Of a stretch of DNA of 64,000 bases, positions 48,588 through 57,874 are shown piece by piece. Made by a program: the position numbers and the translations under genes. Origin of the DNA: Candidatus Undinarchaeota archaeon (lineage in GTDB: Archaea; Undinarchaeota; Undinarchaeia; Undinarchaeales; UBA543); NCBI GenBank assembly GCA_964567575.1, contig CAZMMZ010000007.1, positions 2,090 to 66,089 of the forward strand, in the 5' to 3' direction. The notes below the pieces were generated by a model. The model saw only the letters and a program-made list of their open reading frames with translations, had not been told where the DNA came from and did not search any database. Position 1 is the stretch's first letter; each line of letters starts with the position of its first letter.

Positions 48588-48953
48588 CTATTTCCTTTCA
48601 ATAATATGCTTTACAAGTTCGTAAGGAATTCTAAAATCTATAGCTAACTGCTCCATGCTTTTGTGTCCCATGTCATACAGTTCCCTAATTTGTTTTTGCA
48701 AATAATCTGGAACATCATGTGAAATAACATCTCCTTGAATTGCTACATGAAAATTTTCTTGTAGATATTCTTTAACAGCTGGTTCAATTAGGGAATAAGC
48801 ATGCCCATCTATTACAAGCCGGTGAAGTTCTCTGCAACGTTTCACAAGTTCATGTGCGCCGTGCATTGAGATTTGATATTTCAAAGTAATAATCTGAGCA
48901 TCTGCTGGAACACGCCATAAATCCTCTTTGTATTCAAGAAGTATTTCTTTCAT
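48588..48953 (-). CDS. Hypothetical protein
   Basis: 121-aa ORF. No domain recognised. Confidence 0.5.
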   Translation of the reverse strand: MKEILLEYKEDLWRVPADAQIITLKYQISMHGAHELVKRCRELHRLVIDGHAYSLIEPAVKEYLQENFHVAIQGDVISHDVPDYLQKQIRELYDMGHKSMEQLAIDFRIPYELVKHIIERK

Positions 48954-48990
48954 AGCTACTGCTATTCTATACCTAATCTTAGTTTAAAAC

Positions 48991-49836
48991 TTATTTGATT
49001 CTCTCAAGCAATGTTTCCGCAGCAGCTGCAAGGTCTGTTTTCTCTTTCCCAACAAGTCCTTTCCCTAACTTCTCAACAATATTTGTGAGTTCCATTGGGA
49101 ACACAATCTTTGTTGCCCTTCCATTTGCCATATCTTTTAATGCTCTGATATAAAGATAATTTAAAGTAGGAGCTGTTAATTTTCCTGCAGCATCTTCAAT
49201 TGCATTGATTCTAATCTTTGTGGTTTCTGCTTCTTGAAGTTCTGCACGTTTGTATCGCTCTGCAATTTCCTCAGCTTGCATCGCATCAATCATTTCTTTT
49301 GGTGGTGTAACACTGATCAATTCGACATTGACAATCATAACGCCCCACTCAATTGCAAGTTTTTGAACATCTTCTCGAAGCTGATTATTAACTTGATCAA
49401 TTTTACCATAAAGGTCATCAATATCCATGCTACCGACTAAGTTACGAATACGACCTTTTACGTGCTCTTCAATAGCTTTTCTATAATCTTCTTCAACATA
49501 AAGTTCAGCTTTGACTGGATCGTCAACTCTGAGATAAATAATAGCATCAATTTTTAATTTAACTGCGTCTTTTGTGATGACTTCCTGTGGTGGAATATCA
49601 ATAGTTTCTGTACGCAAATCGTATTTTACAAAAGTTTCAATCACAGGGATAACGAATCGCCATCCAGGTTCTGCAACACGGTGGTATTTCCCGAAACGAT
49701 AAACAACGCCACGTTCATATTCCTTGAATTCGAACATAATTTTTCCAAGAATAAGATTCTTAGGAGACTTAACAATAAGCCCTAGACCCCCGAAGACGAG
49801 GATTACTGGAATTGCAACTAACATCCACATGACCAT
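48991..49836 (-). CDS. SPFH/band-7 (stomatin/prohibitin-like) membrane protein
   Basis: 281 aa. N-terminal TM, then VYRFGKYHRVAEPGWRFVIPVIE..TKDAVKLKIDAIIYLRV and a coiled-coil tail. Confidence 0.88.
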   Translation of the reverse strand: MVMWMLVAIPVILVFGGLGLIVKSPKNLILGKIMFEFKEYERGVVYRFGKYHRVAEPGWRFVIPVIETFVKYDLRTETIDIPPQEVITKDAVKLKIDAIIYLRVDDPVKAELYVEEDYRKAIEEHVKGRIRNLVGSMDIDDLYGKIDQVNNQLREDVQKLAIEWGVMIVNVELISVTPPKEMIDAMQAEEIAERYKRAELQEAETTKIRINAIEDAAGKLTAPTLNYLYIRALKDMANGRATKIVFPMELTNIVEKLGKGLVGKEKTDLAAAAETLLERIK

Positions 49837-49868
49837 TTGTTTTACCCTACATCAGTCAGTCTAAGTTT

Positions 49869-49879
49869 ACATATGTCAC
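49869..49879. promoter_or_regulatory. ACATATGTCAC motif, site 1
   Basis: 33-43 nt upstream of the SPFH start codon. Part of a 4-site intergenic motif family. Confidence 0.3.
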
Positions 49880-49934
49880 TGACCTTTGTCACTCCTTTCC
49901 AGTGGTATATTTGATATATAAGTGTTTTGCTACT

Positions 49935-50219
49935 CTACATCCCATCACATGCGTGATCCTCAGGCAACCGATGCTCATCACAATAAAGGCCTTTGCAGAA
50001 CTTGCATTTGAACGGCATTGTAACTTGTTTCCCACACATACCGCATATACCAGTAACGGGGGCTGCTTCCTTGCCACTTGGTTTTATTGGCTCAACAATA
50101 TGTGAAAGACTTGGATGTTTTGTAACTATTTTGAATGGATCTTTCTGGAAATAAATCACATAAGCTAGAACAGCAACTACTACTGCAATTCCTATAAAGA
50201 AAGCCAATCCCCAACTCAT
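49935..50219 (-). CDS. Membrane-anchored AN1-type zinc-finger protein
   Basis: 94 aa. N-terminal TM, then CGMCGKQVTMPFKCKFCKGLYCDEHRLPEDHAC (AN1 pattern). Confidence 0.75.
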   Translation of the reverse strand: MSWGLAFFIGIAVVVAVLAYVIYFQKDPFKIVTKHPSLSHIVEPIKPSGKEAAPVTGICGMCGKQVTMPFKCKFCKGLYCDEHRLPEDHACDGM

Positions 50220-50224
50220 TTAAA

Positions 50225-50986
50225 TCACTTCTTGAATACTTTAAAGAGGTTCTTAAACATATCTGTAAATGTTCCAGGCAGTTTTTGCGAGACATCTCTT
50301 ATTTTTGTGAGCCAAATACTTGGTCCAGTTCCTGTCCATTTTACTTCAATTGCATCAAGTTCTACTGAAGTAATATCAATACAAGAAACAGTTCCATCTG
50401 ATAATCCACACCCATTTGGTGAAGAAACAATCGCGCTTCCAGGTGGAAGAGTTAATTTATAATCAATTTCATTTACTGGTAAAACAGTTTCAGTAACTCC
50501 GGTAGTAACAATAGTTACTTTTGGATTTGAGCCAAGACCGTTTGGATTTACTGTGTAAACTTTTTGATTACTAGTTACAAGTCGTTCGCTCTGGAATTTC
50601 AAAATAAGTTTGTATCCTGTTGTGTTACTAGGTTCAAAAACAACAGCTTTTCTGAAGAAACTACCAACAGTTGAATCAATATCACTACTTGTTGCAGATG
50701 CATATGACGGGCCTTCAAACACTTTCATAACTCCAAGCCCATCTTCAGCTTCAACATTATAAATATCTGGATATGGAACTGTTACAACCATCTTATTCAT
50801 TTGACCAGCATATGCTGCTGCATCACACTCGAAAAAATAAGTCATCTTAGCTGTAGTTGTAGTTTCAGTTGCAATGGTTTCGATATCAAGTTTGTCAACT
50901 TCACAAAGATCAGCAGGTGATGCGCTAACAGTGCTGATTAATAGTATTGAAAAAATCGCAAATGCGATAAACGCCATACTTTTCAT
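50225..50986 (-). CDS. Secreted hypothetical protein
   Basis: 253 aa. Signal peptide (..ISTVSASPA), Thr/Val-rich and beta-rich. Confidence 0.55.
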   Translation of the reverse strand: MKSMAFIAFAIFSILLISTVSASPADLCEVDKLDIETIATETTTTAKMTYFFECDAAAYAGQMNKMVVTVPYPDIYNVEAEDGLGVMKVFEGPSYASATSSDIDSTVGSFFRKAVVFEPSNTTGYKLILKFQSERLVTSNQKVYTVNPNGLGSNPKVTIVTTGVTETVLPVNEIDYKLTLPPGSAIVSSPNGCGLSDGTVSCIDITSVELDAIEVKWTGTGPSIWLTKIRDVSQKLPGTFTDMFKNLFKVFKK

Positions 50987-51057
50987 GTTAAATTAAGTGT
51001 ATACTGGAGTATTTATATTTAGCCGATGTGTCAGAGTAAACTATTTAAGACTACCTA

Positions 51058-51068
51058 ACATATGTCAC
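51058..51068. promoter_or_regulatory. ACATATGTCAC motif, site 2
   Basis: 4-14 nt upstream of ATG 51072 and about 72 nt upstream of the divergent gene start at 50986. Confidence 0.3.
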
Positions 51069-51071
51069 GAC

Positions 51072-51302
51072 ATGGCAAAAAAGAAGTCCAAGATTTCGAA
51101 AGCAGAACGACGTATCATGTTCGCTGTTGAGGAGATTGTCCTCAGCTTCGTTGGTGCGCTTGTTATGGCTTTCGGAGTTATGGTGATAGCAAGCCCAGCT
51201 AACGGCTGGCTCGCAAATTTCGTTCTAGGCGTATTCATTGTCTGGCTCGGACTATTGCTATTCACTGTACCGTTAATCAGAAAAATAGAACAGCTTATGT
51301 AA
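51072..51302 (+). CDS. Small 2-TM membrane protein
   Basis: MAKKKSKISKAERR.. followed by two TM helices. The track start at 50997 is an unlikely upstream extension. Confidence 0.45.
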   Translation: MAKKKSKISKAERRIMFAVEEIVLSFVGALVMAFGVMVIASPANGWLANFVLGVFIVWLGLLLFTVPLIRKIEQLM

Positions 51303-51339
51303 GCATGTTTAACTGTTTCTCACTTAGGGTGGGGTCTCA

Positions 51340-51675
51340 ATGAAACCAGTAATTAATAGTAGTGAATATGAGTCAATTATAATTAACAGTAAAGAATTCA
51401 AGAATCATGTTGTTATCTATTCTTCTGGAGAAATTATTGAAGCTAATATTAGGCATGAGCTTCATCGCGATTTTGTTGAAAAATACTTGAAAGAAGATAT
51501 AGAACTTTTAATTATTGGCACTGGTACAAGTGGGTGTGTCAAAGTTTTTGAGGGTGTCAAACATTTGGCAGAAGAAAAAGGAATAGAATTAATTATAGAT
51601 GAAACTCCTGAAGCTTGTTACCAATTCAATAAATCTTCAAAGAGAGCTGTCGCTCTCATACACATAACTTGCTGA
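51340..51675 (+). CDS. Mth938-like domain protein (DUF498)
   Basis: 111 aa. LLIIGTGTSG .. IELIIDETPEACYQFN .. VALIH fits the Mth938/NDUFAF3 domain pattern. Confidence 0.65.
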   Translation: MKPVINSSEYESIIINSKEFKNHVVIYSSGEIIEANIRHELHRDFVEKYLKEDIELLIIGTGTSGCVKVFEGVKHLAEEKGIELIIDETPEACYQFNKSSKRAVALIHITC

Positions 51676-51676
51676 A

Positions 51677-53023
51677 TTATTCTTTCTTCACAAACTTTTC
51701 AATAAATTCATCAATGATTGTCTCGAGATTTGGTTCTCCTTTTTCTTCAAGTTCATAACCTACTCGCACAACTGGTTTGTTCACATTCAATAGTTTTCCA
51801 AGATCAATTGGAGTTCCACTCACAACAACATCAGCTTCAGTATTGTTAATTGCATCTTCTAATTCTTTCAACTGAGCATCGCTGTAACCCATCGCAGGAA
51901 TCATTTCACCAAGGTGTGGGAATTCCTCATAAACTTTCTTCAAATTCGCTCCACAATTTGGTCTTGGATCAACAATTGTTACATCCATATCTTTTACAGA
52001 AACTTTTCCAGCTCCGAAAGCCATATTCCCGTGAGTTAATGTTGGTCCATCTTCAACAATTATAACTCGCTTTCCTCTAACTGCTTCAGGATCTTCTAAT
52101 TTTACTGTAGAATTTGCATGAACAATTTTTGCATCAGGATTTATGTCTTTAATGTTCTTTTCAACAGTGGCGATGCCTTCTGGTTCTGCAGAGTCTTCTT
52201 TGTTTATAATAACATAATCTGCAAGTTTTGCATTTGTTTCTCCAGGGTAATAAGCAATTTCATGTCCTGGTCTAAGTGGATCAGCAACTACAAGGTGCAT
52301 GTCTGTTTGATAGAATGCAACTTCATTGTTCCCCCCATCCCATACAATAATGTCTGCTTCTTCCTCAGCTTTTTTAATGATGGTGCCATAATCAACACCA
52401 GAATAAATTACAAGACCGCGTTCAATATAAGGTTCGTATTCTTCGCGTTCTTCAATTGTAGATTTGTATTTTACAAGATCATCATAATCTGCAAAGCGCA
52501 TACATTCTTGTTGGACAAGATCGCCGTATGGCATTGGCTCTCTAATTGCAACAACTTTGTATCCGCGCTTCTTTAGAATCTCAACAACTTTTCTTGATGT
52601 CTGACTTTTTCCACAACCTGTTCGAACAGCATCAATTCCAATAACTGGTTTGTTAGATTTGATTTGGGTTTGCCGTGGACTTAGTAATTTGAATTCAGCA
52701 CCAGCAGCCTGCGCCCGTGCACACTTTCTCATAACTGTATTATAGGAAGAATCAGAATACGCCATTAAAACTTGATCAACTTGATTTTCTTTTACAAACT
52801 TTTCAAGATCTGCTTCTGGAATTGTTTGTATTCCATTTGGATAAAGATTGCCTGCAAGTTCAGGTGGATATTTTCGTATTTCTCCTTCAACAGTTCCAAG
52901 ATTCTGCTCTCCAGCCATTGTGAAAGCAAGAACGTCATAATTTTCGTTGTCACGATAATATGTGTTGAACGCGTGGTAATCAAACCCAGCGGCTCCAATA
53001 ATTACTACTTTTTTCTTTGCCAT
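51677..53023 (-). CDS. Predicted P-loop GTPase, COG2403 family
   Basis: 448 aa. KKVVIIGAAGFDYHAFNTYYRDNENYDVLAFT and the P-loop VRTGCGKSQTS. The family is recalled from archaeal homologues and its function is unknown. Confidence 0.6.
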   Translation of the reverse strand: MAKKKVVIIGAAGFDYHAFNTYYRDNENYDVLAFTMAGEQNLGTVEGEIRKYPPELAGNLYPNGIQTIPEADLEKFVKENQVDQVLMAYSDSSYNTVMRKCARAQAAGAEFKLLSPRQTQIKSNKPVIGIDAVRTGCGKSQTSRKVVEILKKRGYKVVAIREPMPYGDLVQQECMRFADYDDLVKYKSTIEEREEYEPYIERGLVIYSGVDYGTIIKKAEEEADIIVWDGGNNEVAFYQTDMHLVVADPLRPGHEIAYYPGETNAKLADYVIINKEDSAEPEGIATVEKNIKDINPDAKIVHANSTVKLEDPEAVRGKRVIIVEDGPTLTHGNMAFGAGKVSVKDMDVTIVDPRPNCGANLKKVYEEFPHLGEMIPAMGYSDAQLKELEDAINNTEADVVVSGTPIDLGKLLNVNKPVVRVGYELEEKGEPNLETIIDEFIEKFVKKE

Positions 53024-53137
53024 TTTATCCCTTAAATTGCATCTCTGTTTATTCTTTAAGTGTTTTTCGGGAAATGTGACATTTGTACAGTAAAATTATT
53101 TAAACAAGAACGAATTAGTGTTCCTGAGGGATTAAAA

Positions 53138-54067
53138 ATGGTAAGACACTTATTGAAAGTTAGCGATTTTTCTAAAGAAGAATGCCTTAGCATCATTGAC
53201 AAGTCAATTGAAATCAAGGCGAACATTTCATCGCATACTAGCGATTTAAAAGACAAAACTCTTTTGATGCTTTTTGAAAAACCATCGCTTCGAACAAGAA
53301 CTTCTTTTGAAGTTGGTATGACACAACTTGGTGGTCATGCGATTTTCTATTCAATTAAAGATTCACCTCTTGGAAAAAAAGAAAATATTGAAGACACTGC
53401 AGGATGCCTTTCAAGATATTGTGATATTATAATGGCTCGCGTTTTCAAGAAAGAAGATTTACAAAAACTTTCAGAGAATTCTACAATCCCTGTGATAAAT
53501 GCGCTTGATGATTTCGCACATCCTTGCCAGATTCTCGGAGACTTCCAAACAATCAAAGAACATAAAGGAGATTTGAATCCACGCAAGATGTCTTACTTCG
53601 GTGATTGTCACAACAATGTCACTTATGATTTAATGCGGATGTGTGCAATACTCGGTTGGGAAATGATGGTTGCTTGTCCGGAAGGAACTGAGTATGAACC
53701 AGAACAATCAGTGCTTGACGAAGTTGCAAAACTTTCTGAAGGAACTGGTGCAAAAATTTCTGTGACCCACGATGCACAAGAAGCTGCAAAAGATTCTGAT
53801 GTAATTTACACAGATTCTTGGATGAGTTATGGAATTCCTGAAGATGAGGAACAGAAACGCGTTGACACATTCAAACCTTATCAAGTTACAACTGAACTTT
53901 TGAATGTTGCAAAGCCGGATGTTATTTTCATGAACTGTTTGCCTGCTAAACGCGGATATGAGCAAACTGCTGAAGTTATTGACGGTGATAAAAGCATTGT
54001 CTTTGATGAAGCCGAAAATCGTTTGCACATCCAAAAATCTATAATGTTATTCCTATTAGAAAAATGA
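53138..54067 (+). CDS. argF: Ornithine carbamoyltransferase
   Basis: 309 aa from ATG 53138. FEKPSLRTRTSFE, HPCQILGD, DSWMSYG, NCLPAKRG. The track start at 53060 is an upstream extension. A putrescine carbamoyltransferase cannot be excluded. Confidence 0.85.
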   Translation: MVRHLLKVSDFSKEECLSIIDKSIEIKANISSHTSDLKDKTLLMLFEKPSLRTRTSFEVGMTQLGGHAIFYSIKDSPLGKKENIEDTAGCLSRYCDIIMARVFKKEDLQKLSENSTIPVINALDDFAHPCQILGDFQTIKEHKGDLNPRKMSYFGDCHNNVTYDLMRMCAILGWEMMVACPEGTEYEPEQSVLDEVAKLSEGTGAKISVTHDAQEAAKDSDVIYTDSWMSYGIPEDEEQKRVDTFKPYQVTTELLNVAKPDVIFMNCLPAKRGYEQTAEVIDGDKSIVFDEAENRLHIQKSIMLFLLEK

Positions 54068-54200
54068 CCTATCATCACTTCAAAGGAGACAACTTGTCCC
54101 GCTCTGAAAAAATTGAACAACTTGTTGTAACTCGGATTCTTATTCTAAATGACGGTGATTCAGTTGAAGTTAATGCAAATCTCGGATTTGTGAAAAAGAT

Positions 54201-54359
54201 TTAACCTGAAATTAATTTCACAACACCAACAACAATTAGATAAACTGCAATTAATGTTGTTAAAAGATTTGGCCAAATTAAAATTGTTACACCAACAGCT
54301 ATCATTAGAATAGCGCTGATTGTTTCACTTATTCCGAATCGTTTTAGGAAATTTACCAT
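54201..54359 (-). CDS. DUF3096-like small membrane protein
   Basis: My translation (52 aa): MVNFLKRFGISETISAILMIAVGVTILIWPNLLTTLIAVYLIVVGVVKLISG. The ILIWP..AVYLIVVG pattern is typical of DUF3096. Confidence 0.5.
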   Translation of the reverse strand: MVNFLKRFGISETISAILMIAVGVTILIWPNLLTTLIAVYLIVVGVVKLISG

Positions 54360-54412
54360 TGTTATCGTTTTTGATAGTTATCTGCCTATTAAAAATTTTT
54401 CCTTTTTGAGAG

Positions 54413-54489
54413 TGGCAGGCCCGCCGAGATTTGAACTCGGGACTGCGGCTCCGCAAGCCACCATGATATCCAAGCTACACCACGGGCCT
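54413..54489 (-). tRNA. tRNA-Arg (GCG), CCA encoded
   Basis: Hand-folded: AGGCCCG-TG-GTGT..-GTGGC TTGCGGA GCCGC-AGTC-CCGAG TTCAAAT CTCGG-CGGGCCT-G-CCA. Confidence 0.88.
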
Positions 54490-54534
54490 AATTTAGCTTT
54501 AGAATTCTAATTCTATGTCTTTATATTATTACCG

Positions 54535-55071
54535 TTATACTACCCTAAGCCAGTTTATGAAAAGGTATGGGAATTTGCTAAGTGCAAACCATGCGAGAGT
54601 CATGTAAAATGTTCCCATTATAATATACTTTATTGGATTTTCATGAAATGTGAAAAATCTGCTGATTTCCCTGAAAACTTCTGCTAATATAAATATGACA
54701 ATTCCCCAAACCAAGAAATTACTAAGTGTTAAAAAACTGGCAAAAATCGCTATAAAGATCATGTGAATCATATCCATCCCAACTAAAATCGGGTTGTAGA
54801 TTCCTATTTTTGCACTTAATATCTTTGATGGCCATGTTGATAATATTGCTACTAATATTGCTATCCACGGTCCATAAATTATTGCCAAGAATAATATCAA
54901 AATGCTGTGTACTTCAAGATTCACTGTGTGATATACTAAATTTGATCTGCTGAGAATACAAAGAACTATTGTCCAAATTAGCATCCTTGAAGCGCCTGGA
55001 AGAACAATTGGTGCGAGAACGAGAATTAAGACTAGCGACATCACTCCCATGAAATATTTTTTTATATCCAC
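54535..55071 (-). CDS. Multi-TM membrane protein (family member P3)
   Basis: 178 aa, 5-6 TM segments. VNLEVHS..IIYGP pattern. Confidence 0.55.
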   Translation of the reverse strand: MDIKKYFMGVMSLVLILVLAPIVLPGASRMLIWTIVLCILSRSNLVYHTVNLEVHSILILFLAIIYGPWIAILVAILSTWPSKILSAKIGIYNPILVGMDMIHMIFIAIFASFLTLSNFLVWGIVIFILAEVFREISRFFTFHENPIKYIIMGTFYMTLAWFALSKFPYLFINWLRVV

Positions 55072-55138
55072 ACTAATCCCCTCTCTTGTTTGCTATTACT
55101 ACATTTAGCCGTTTATTAATTTTTGTATTAAAGTAAAA

Positions 55139-55154
55139 AAGCACCACCGGAGAG
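55139..55154 (-). repeat. Second copy of the tRNA-Arg(CCU) 3' end (tRNA nt 61-73 plus trailer)
   Basis: A 16-nt exact copy of 55229-55244 (aagcaccaccggagag). The adjoining AT-rich 15-17 nt (55126-55140 vs 55214-55230) are also similar. Confidence 0.9.
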
Positions 55155-55214
55155 TTCCGAACGTCCGCCTGGCCGCGGACAATGGCCAAGGGCATTCGAC
55201 TTCGTCGAAGCCCT
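55155..55214 (-). repeat. GC-rich two-hairpin element, copy B (downstream of tRNA-Arg CCU)
   Basis: Minus strand: AGGGC-TTCGAC-GAA-GTCGAA-T-GCCCT / TGGCCATT / GTCCGC-GGCCAG-GCGGAC / GTTCGGAA. Confidence 0.85.
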
Positions 55215-55231
55215 ATTAAAAATGTAAGAAG

Positions 55232-55306
55232 CACCACCGGAGAGATTTGAACTCTCGACTTTTTCCTTAGGAGGGAAACGCCTTATCCAGACTAGGCTAC
55301 GGTGGT
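55232..55306 (-). tRNA. tRNA-Arg (CCU), no encoded CCA
   Basis: Hand-folded: ACCACCG-TA-GCCT AGTCTGGATA AGGC-G-TTTCC CTCCTAA GGAAA-AAGTC-GAGAG TTCAAAT CTCTC-CGGTGGT-G. Confidence 0.88.
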
Positions 55307-55316
55307 ATTTTGAAAT

Positions 55317-57059
55317 TTACATCCTGTCCGGGACTTCGATTCCAAGAAGATACAAGCATTTCTTTAATGTTTTAAATGTTGCGTTAACCAATCCCAACCG
55401 AGCGTCTCTTACTTCAGTGTCTTCAGCATCTAAAACAGGATTTGTGGTGTAAAATGAGCTAAACTTGTCTGCCAATGCGTAAGCATAATTAGCAATAATA
55501 TGTGGTTGATAAGTTTCTGCGGATTCTGCTATAACACTTGGAAGTTTTCCAATTTGTTTTATTAATCTCTGTTCATCTTTATTATTCAAATGTTTGAATT
55601 TAATACTAGCAAGTGCTGGTTTCTTTTTTGCTTTTTCCAAAATTCTTTTTGCCCTAACTGCAGCGTATTGAATGTAAGGTCCAGTTTCTCCTTCAAATTC
55701 CAATGCAGTATCCCAGTCAAAGAAAATTGTTTTATTATTTCCAACATTTAGCATACTAAATTTCATAGCTGCAATTGTTATTTTCATTGCAAGAGCTCTC
55801 TGTGTTTTTTGATCAAGTTCTGGATTTCTTTGAATAATTTCACCCATTGCTTTTTTTAGCATTTCATTTTTTAATTCTGAATAAAGAATTGCAGTTCCTT
55901 CACGCGAAGACATTTTTCCACCTTTCAAACTTACGAGAGCATAAGCCAAATGATAACATTTCTTTGCTTGTTTGAAGCCCATTAATTCAAGGGTTTTGAA
56001 TAATTGCTGAAAGTGAAGTCTTTGTTCAGATCCAACAACATAAACTGAGCGATTAATTTTGTATTTCTTAAATTTCTCTTCAGCTAGTGCAAGATCTTGT
56101 GTTGAATATAAAGTTGTTCCATCAGTTTTCAATAAGAGCCAAACCGGTAGCCCGTGCTTCTTTAGATCAACAATTAATGCTCCTTTACTTTTCTTTGCTA
56201 GTTTCTTTTTTCTAAGTTCTTCAGTTAATTCTCTTCCTCTATCAAGTAAATCACTTTCATAAAAATCAACATCAAAATTTGCACCAAGTTCTTTGTAAAT
56301 TTCTTTAAATTCATCAATACTCCATTTTCTAAATTGTTTCCAAAGATCAACAAGCTCTTTATCGTCTTGAGCTTCAAGGTGTTTCAGAATTTCAGTTACT
56401 TCTTCTTTTTTGTCAGGAGTTTCATTTAGTTTTTGTACAGCTTCTGTGTAAATGCTTCCTATCCAATTTGAAAGATTTCCTTTTGGTTTTTCTCCGTCAT
56501 GGAAATTCTTGTAAGCCCAAATTGTTTTTGCAACATGCATTCCTACATCATTAAATAGATTTGCCTGAACAACATCGTATCCTGCTTCTTTAATAATTCT
56601 TGACAAACTTTCTCCAAGTGTTGTGTTTCTCAAATGTCCAATATGAAAAGCCTTGAGTGGATTAGGTTGACTGTACTCAATCATTATCTTGTCTTTCTTT
56701 TTCTCACCTTTTCCAAATGAATCAGTATTCGCTTCAGTTACAACAGCTTTTGCGAATTCTCCGAATTTGAGGAAGAAATTAACATAAGCTCCTGCAAGTT
56801 TGATTAGAAAAACACTTCGCGGCCTTTTGATTTTTTCAATAATTTCTTCAGCAATTTTGCGAGGACTTACTTTTTTGATTTTGCCAAGTGGGAAAGAAAT
56901 ACTACAAGCCAAATCTCCCATTTTGTAACTTGGGGGTTCGTCAATATGATTTTTTAATTTTATTTTTCCTAGTGGAGTTTTTGCGATTCCTAATTTTGGT
57001 AGAACCTCAGCTATTGCTTTTGTTACATCTTCTTTTGCTTTAATCCATGGATCTTTCAT
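55317..57059 (-). CDS. argS: Arginyl-tRNA synthetase
   Basis: 580 aa. Class I HIGH region (NPLKAFHIGHLRN), KMSSREG, and a C-terminal DALR anticodon-binding domain. Confidence 0.93.
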   Translation of the reverse strand: MKDPWIKAKEDVTKAIAEVLPKLGIAKTPLGKIKLKNHIDEPPSYKMGDLACSISFPLGKIKKVSPRKIAEEIIEKIKRPRSVFLIKLAGAYVNFFLKFGEFAKAVVTEANTDSFGKGEKKKDKIMIEYSQPNPLKAFHIGHLRNTTLGESLSRIIKEAGYDVVQANLFNDVGMHVAKTIWAYKNFHDGEKPKGNLSNWIGSIYTEAVQKLNETPDKKEEVTEILKHLEAQDDKELVDLWKQFRKWSIDEFKEIYKELGANFDVDFYESDLLDRGRELTEELRKKKLAKKSKGALIVDLKKHGLPVWLLLKTDGTTLYSTQDLALAEEKFKKYKINRSVYVVGSEQRLHFQQLFKTLELMGFKQAKKCYHLAYALVSLKGGKMSSREGTAILYSELKNEMLKKAMGEIIQRNPELDQKTQRALAMKITIAAMKFSMLNVGNNKTIFFDWDTALEFEGETGPYIQYAAVRAKRILEKAKKKPALASIKFKHLNNKDEQRLIKQIGKLPSVIAESAETYQPHIIANYAYALADKFSSFYTTNPVLDAEDTEVRDARLGLVNATFKTLKKCLYLLGIEVPDRM

Positions 57060-57096
57060 TGTTCACCTGTATGTTTCTGCGGTTTTTAAATGTAAG

Positions 57097-57170
57097 TGGG
57101 CCCGCAGGGATTTGAACCCCAGTTTGGAGGTCCGAAGCCTCCCGTGATATCCAAGCTACACCACGGGCCC
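57097..57170 (-). tRNA. tRNA-Arg (UCG), no encoded CCA
   Basis: Hand-folded: GGGCCCG-TG-GTGT..-GGAGG CTTCGGA CCTCC-AAAC-TGGGG TTCAAAT CCCTG-CGGGCCC-A. Confidence 0.85.
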
Positions 57171-57212
57171 ATTTTAACCTTAAATGTAGGGTATTAGCTT
57201 ATTTAATAATAT

Positions 57213-57225
57213 TGTCATATGTCAC
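57213..57225. promoter_or_regulatory. TGTCATATGTCAC motif, site 3
   Basis: 43-55 nt upstream of the tRNA-Arg(UCG) 5' end, just past the alaX stop. Confidence 0.3.
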
Positions 57226-57228
57226 TTT

Positions 57229-57867
57229 TTAGTGGTCTAGCATAATTTCAATACGTTCTTTGCCTGCACCAATATTTTTCCTCTTAAGCCGGATTTTTCC
57301 AATTTCTCCGGTCCGCTTGACGTGTGTTCCCCCGCAAGGCATTTTCCATTCTCCTAATTCCCACCATCTTTTTCCAGGTTCTTCAGAATCTTCATAAACT
57401 TTTATTTCTAAATCTTGTGCAATTATTTCATCAACTTTTTTTTGTATTTCGTCAAAATAATTTACAACTGATTCTTCCATTTCATAATCAATTCGAGCTT
57501 TTTCTGGATGCATATTGGAACCAATTAGTTTTGACTGTCCACTAATGTCTTTGAAAATGTAATAAATAATATGCGCTGAACTGTGAAGACGCATTAATCT
57601 AAATCTGTTTTCCCAATCCAATTCTACTTTGACAGTGTCGTCTTCTTTAAAATCCGGCGCGCTTTCCAAAGTGTAAACAATATCATCTCCTGTTTTCAAA
57701 GCCTCAGTAATTTGGATTCCAGTAATAGTTCCTTTATCTGATGCCTGTCCACCAGAAAATGCAAACAAAACAGTCTTATCTAAAACAACATTGTTTCCAT
57801 CCAGTTTCTGAACCACAGCATCACATTCTTTCAAATATGGATCTTGCCAAAATAATTTTTCTGTCAT
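57229..57867 (-). CDS. alaX: Alanyl-tRNA editing protein AlaX (SAD-type)
   Basis: 212 aa. HSSAHIIYY (HxxxH) and CGGTHV (CxxxH) zinc motifs of the Ala/Thr-RS second additional domain. Confidence 0.85.
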   Translation of the reverse strand: MTEKLFWQDPYLKECDAVVQKLDGNNVVLDKTVLFAFSGGQASDKGTITGIQITEALKTGDDIVYTLESAPDFKEDDTVKVELDWENRFRLMRLHSSAHIIYYIFKDISGQSKLIGSNMHPEKARIDYEMEESVVNYFDEIQKKVDEIIAQDLEIKVYEDSEEPGKRWWELGEWKMPCGGTHVKRTGEIGKIRLKRKNIGAGKERIEIMLDH

Positions 57868-57874
57868 ATGAATA

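Noticed and set aside
54064-54204. 46-codon ORF whose ATG overlaps the OTC stop (ATGA)
   Set aside because: The overlap is suggestive of coupling, but the peptide (MTYHHFKGDNLSRSEKIEQLVV..) has no recognisable features, so it was not called as a gene.
42909-55306. Reading the element plus duplicated tRNA 3' end as a split-tRNA 3' half, or as a T-loop intron removed at a bulge-helix-bulge motif
   Set aside because: The adjacent tRNA genes are already complete and contiguous. The constant part of the element has no strand complementary to either tRNA's T-stem or acceptor 5' strand. The two junctions (GTTCAAAT|CTCTC and GTTCGGAA|CTCTC) cannot form a BHB helix.
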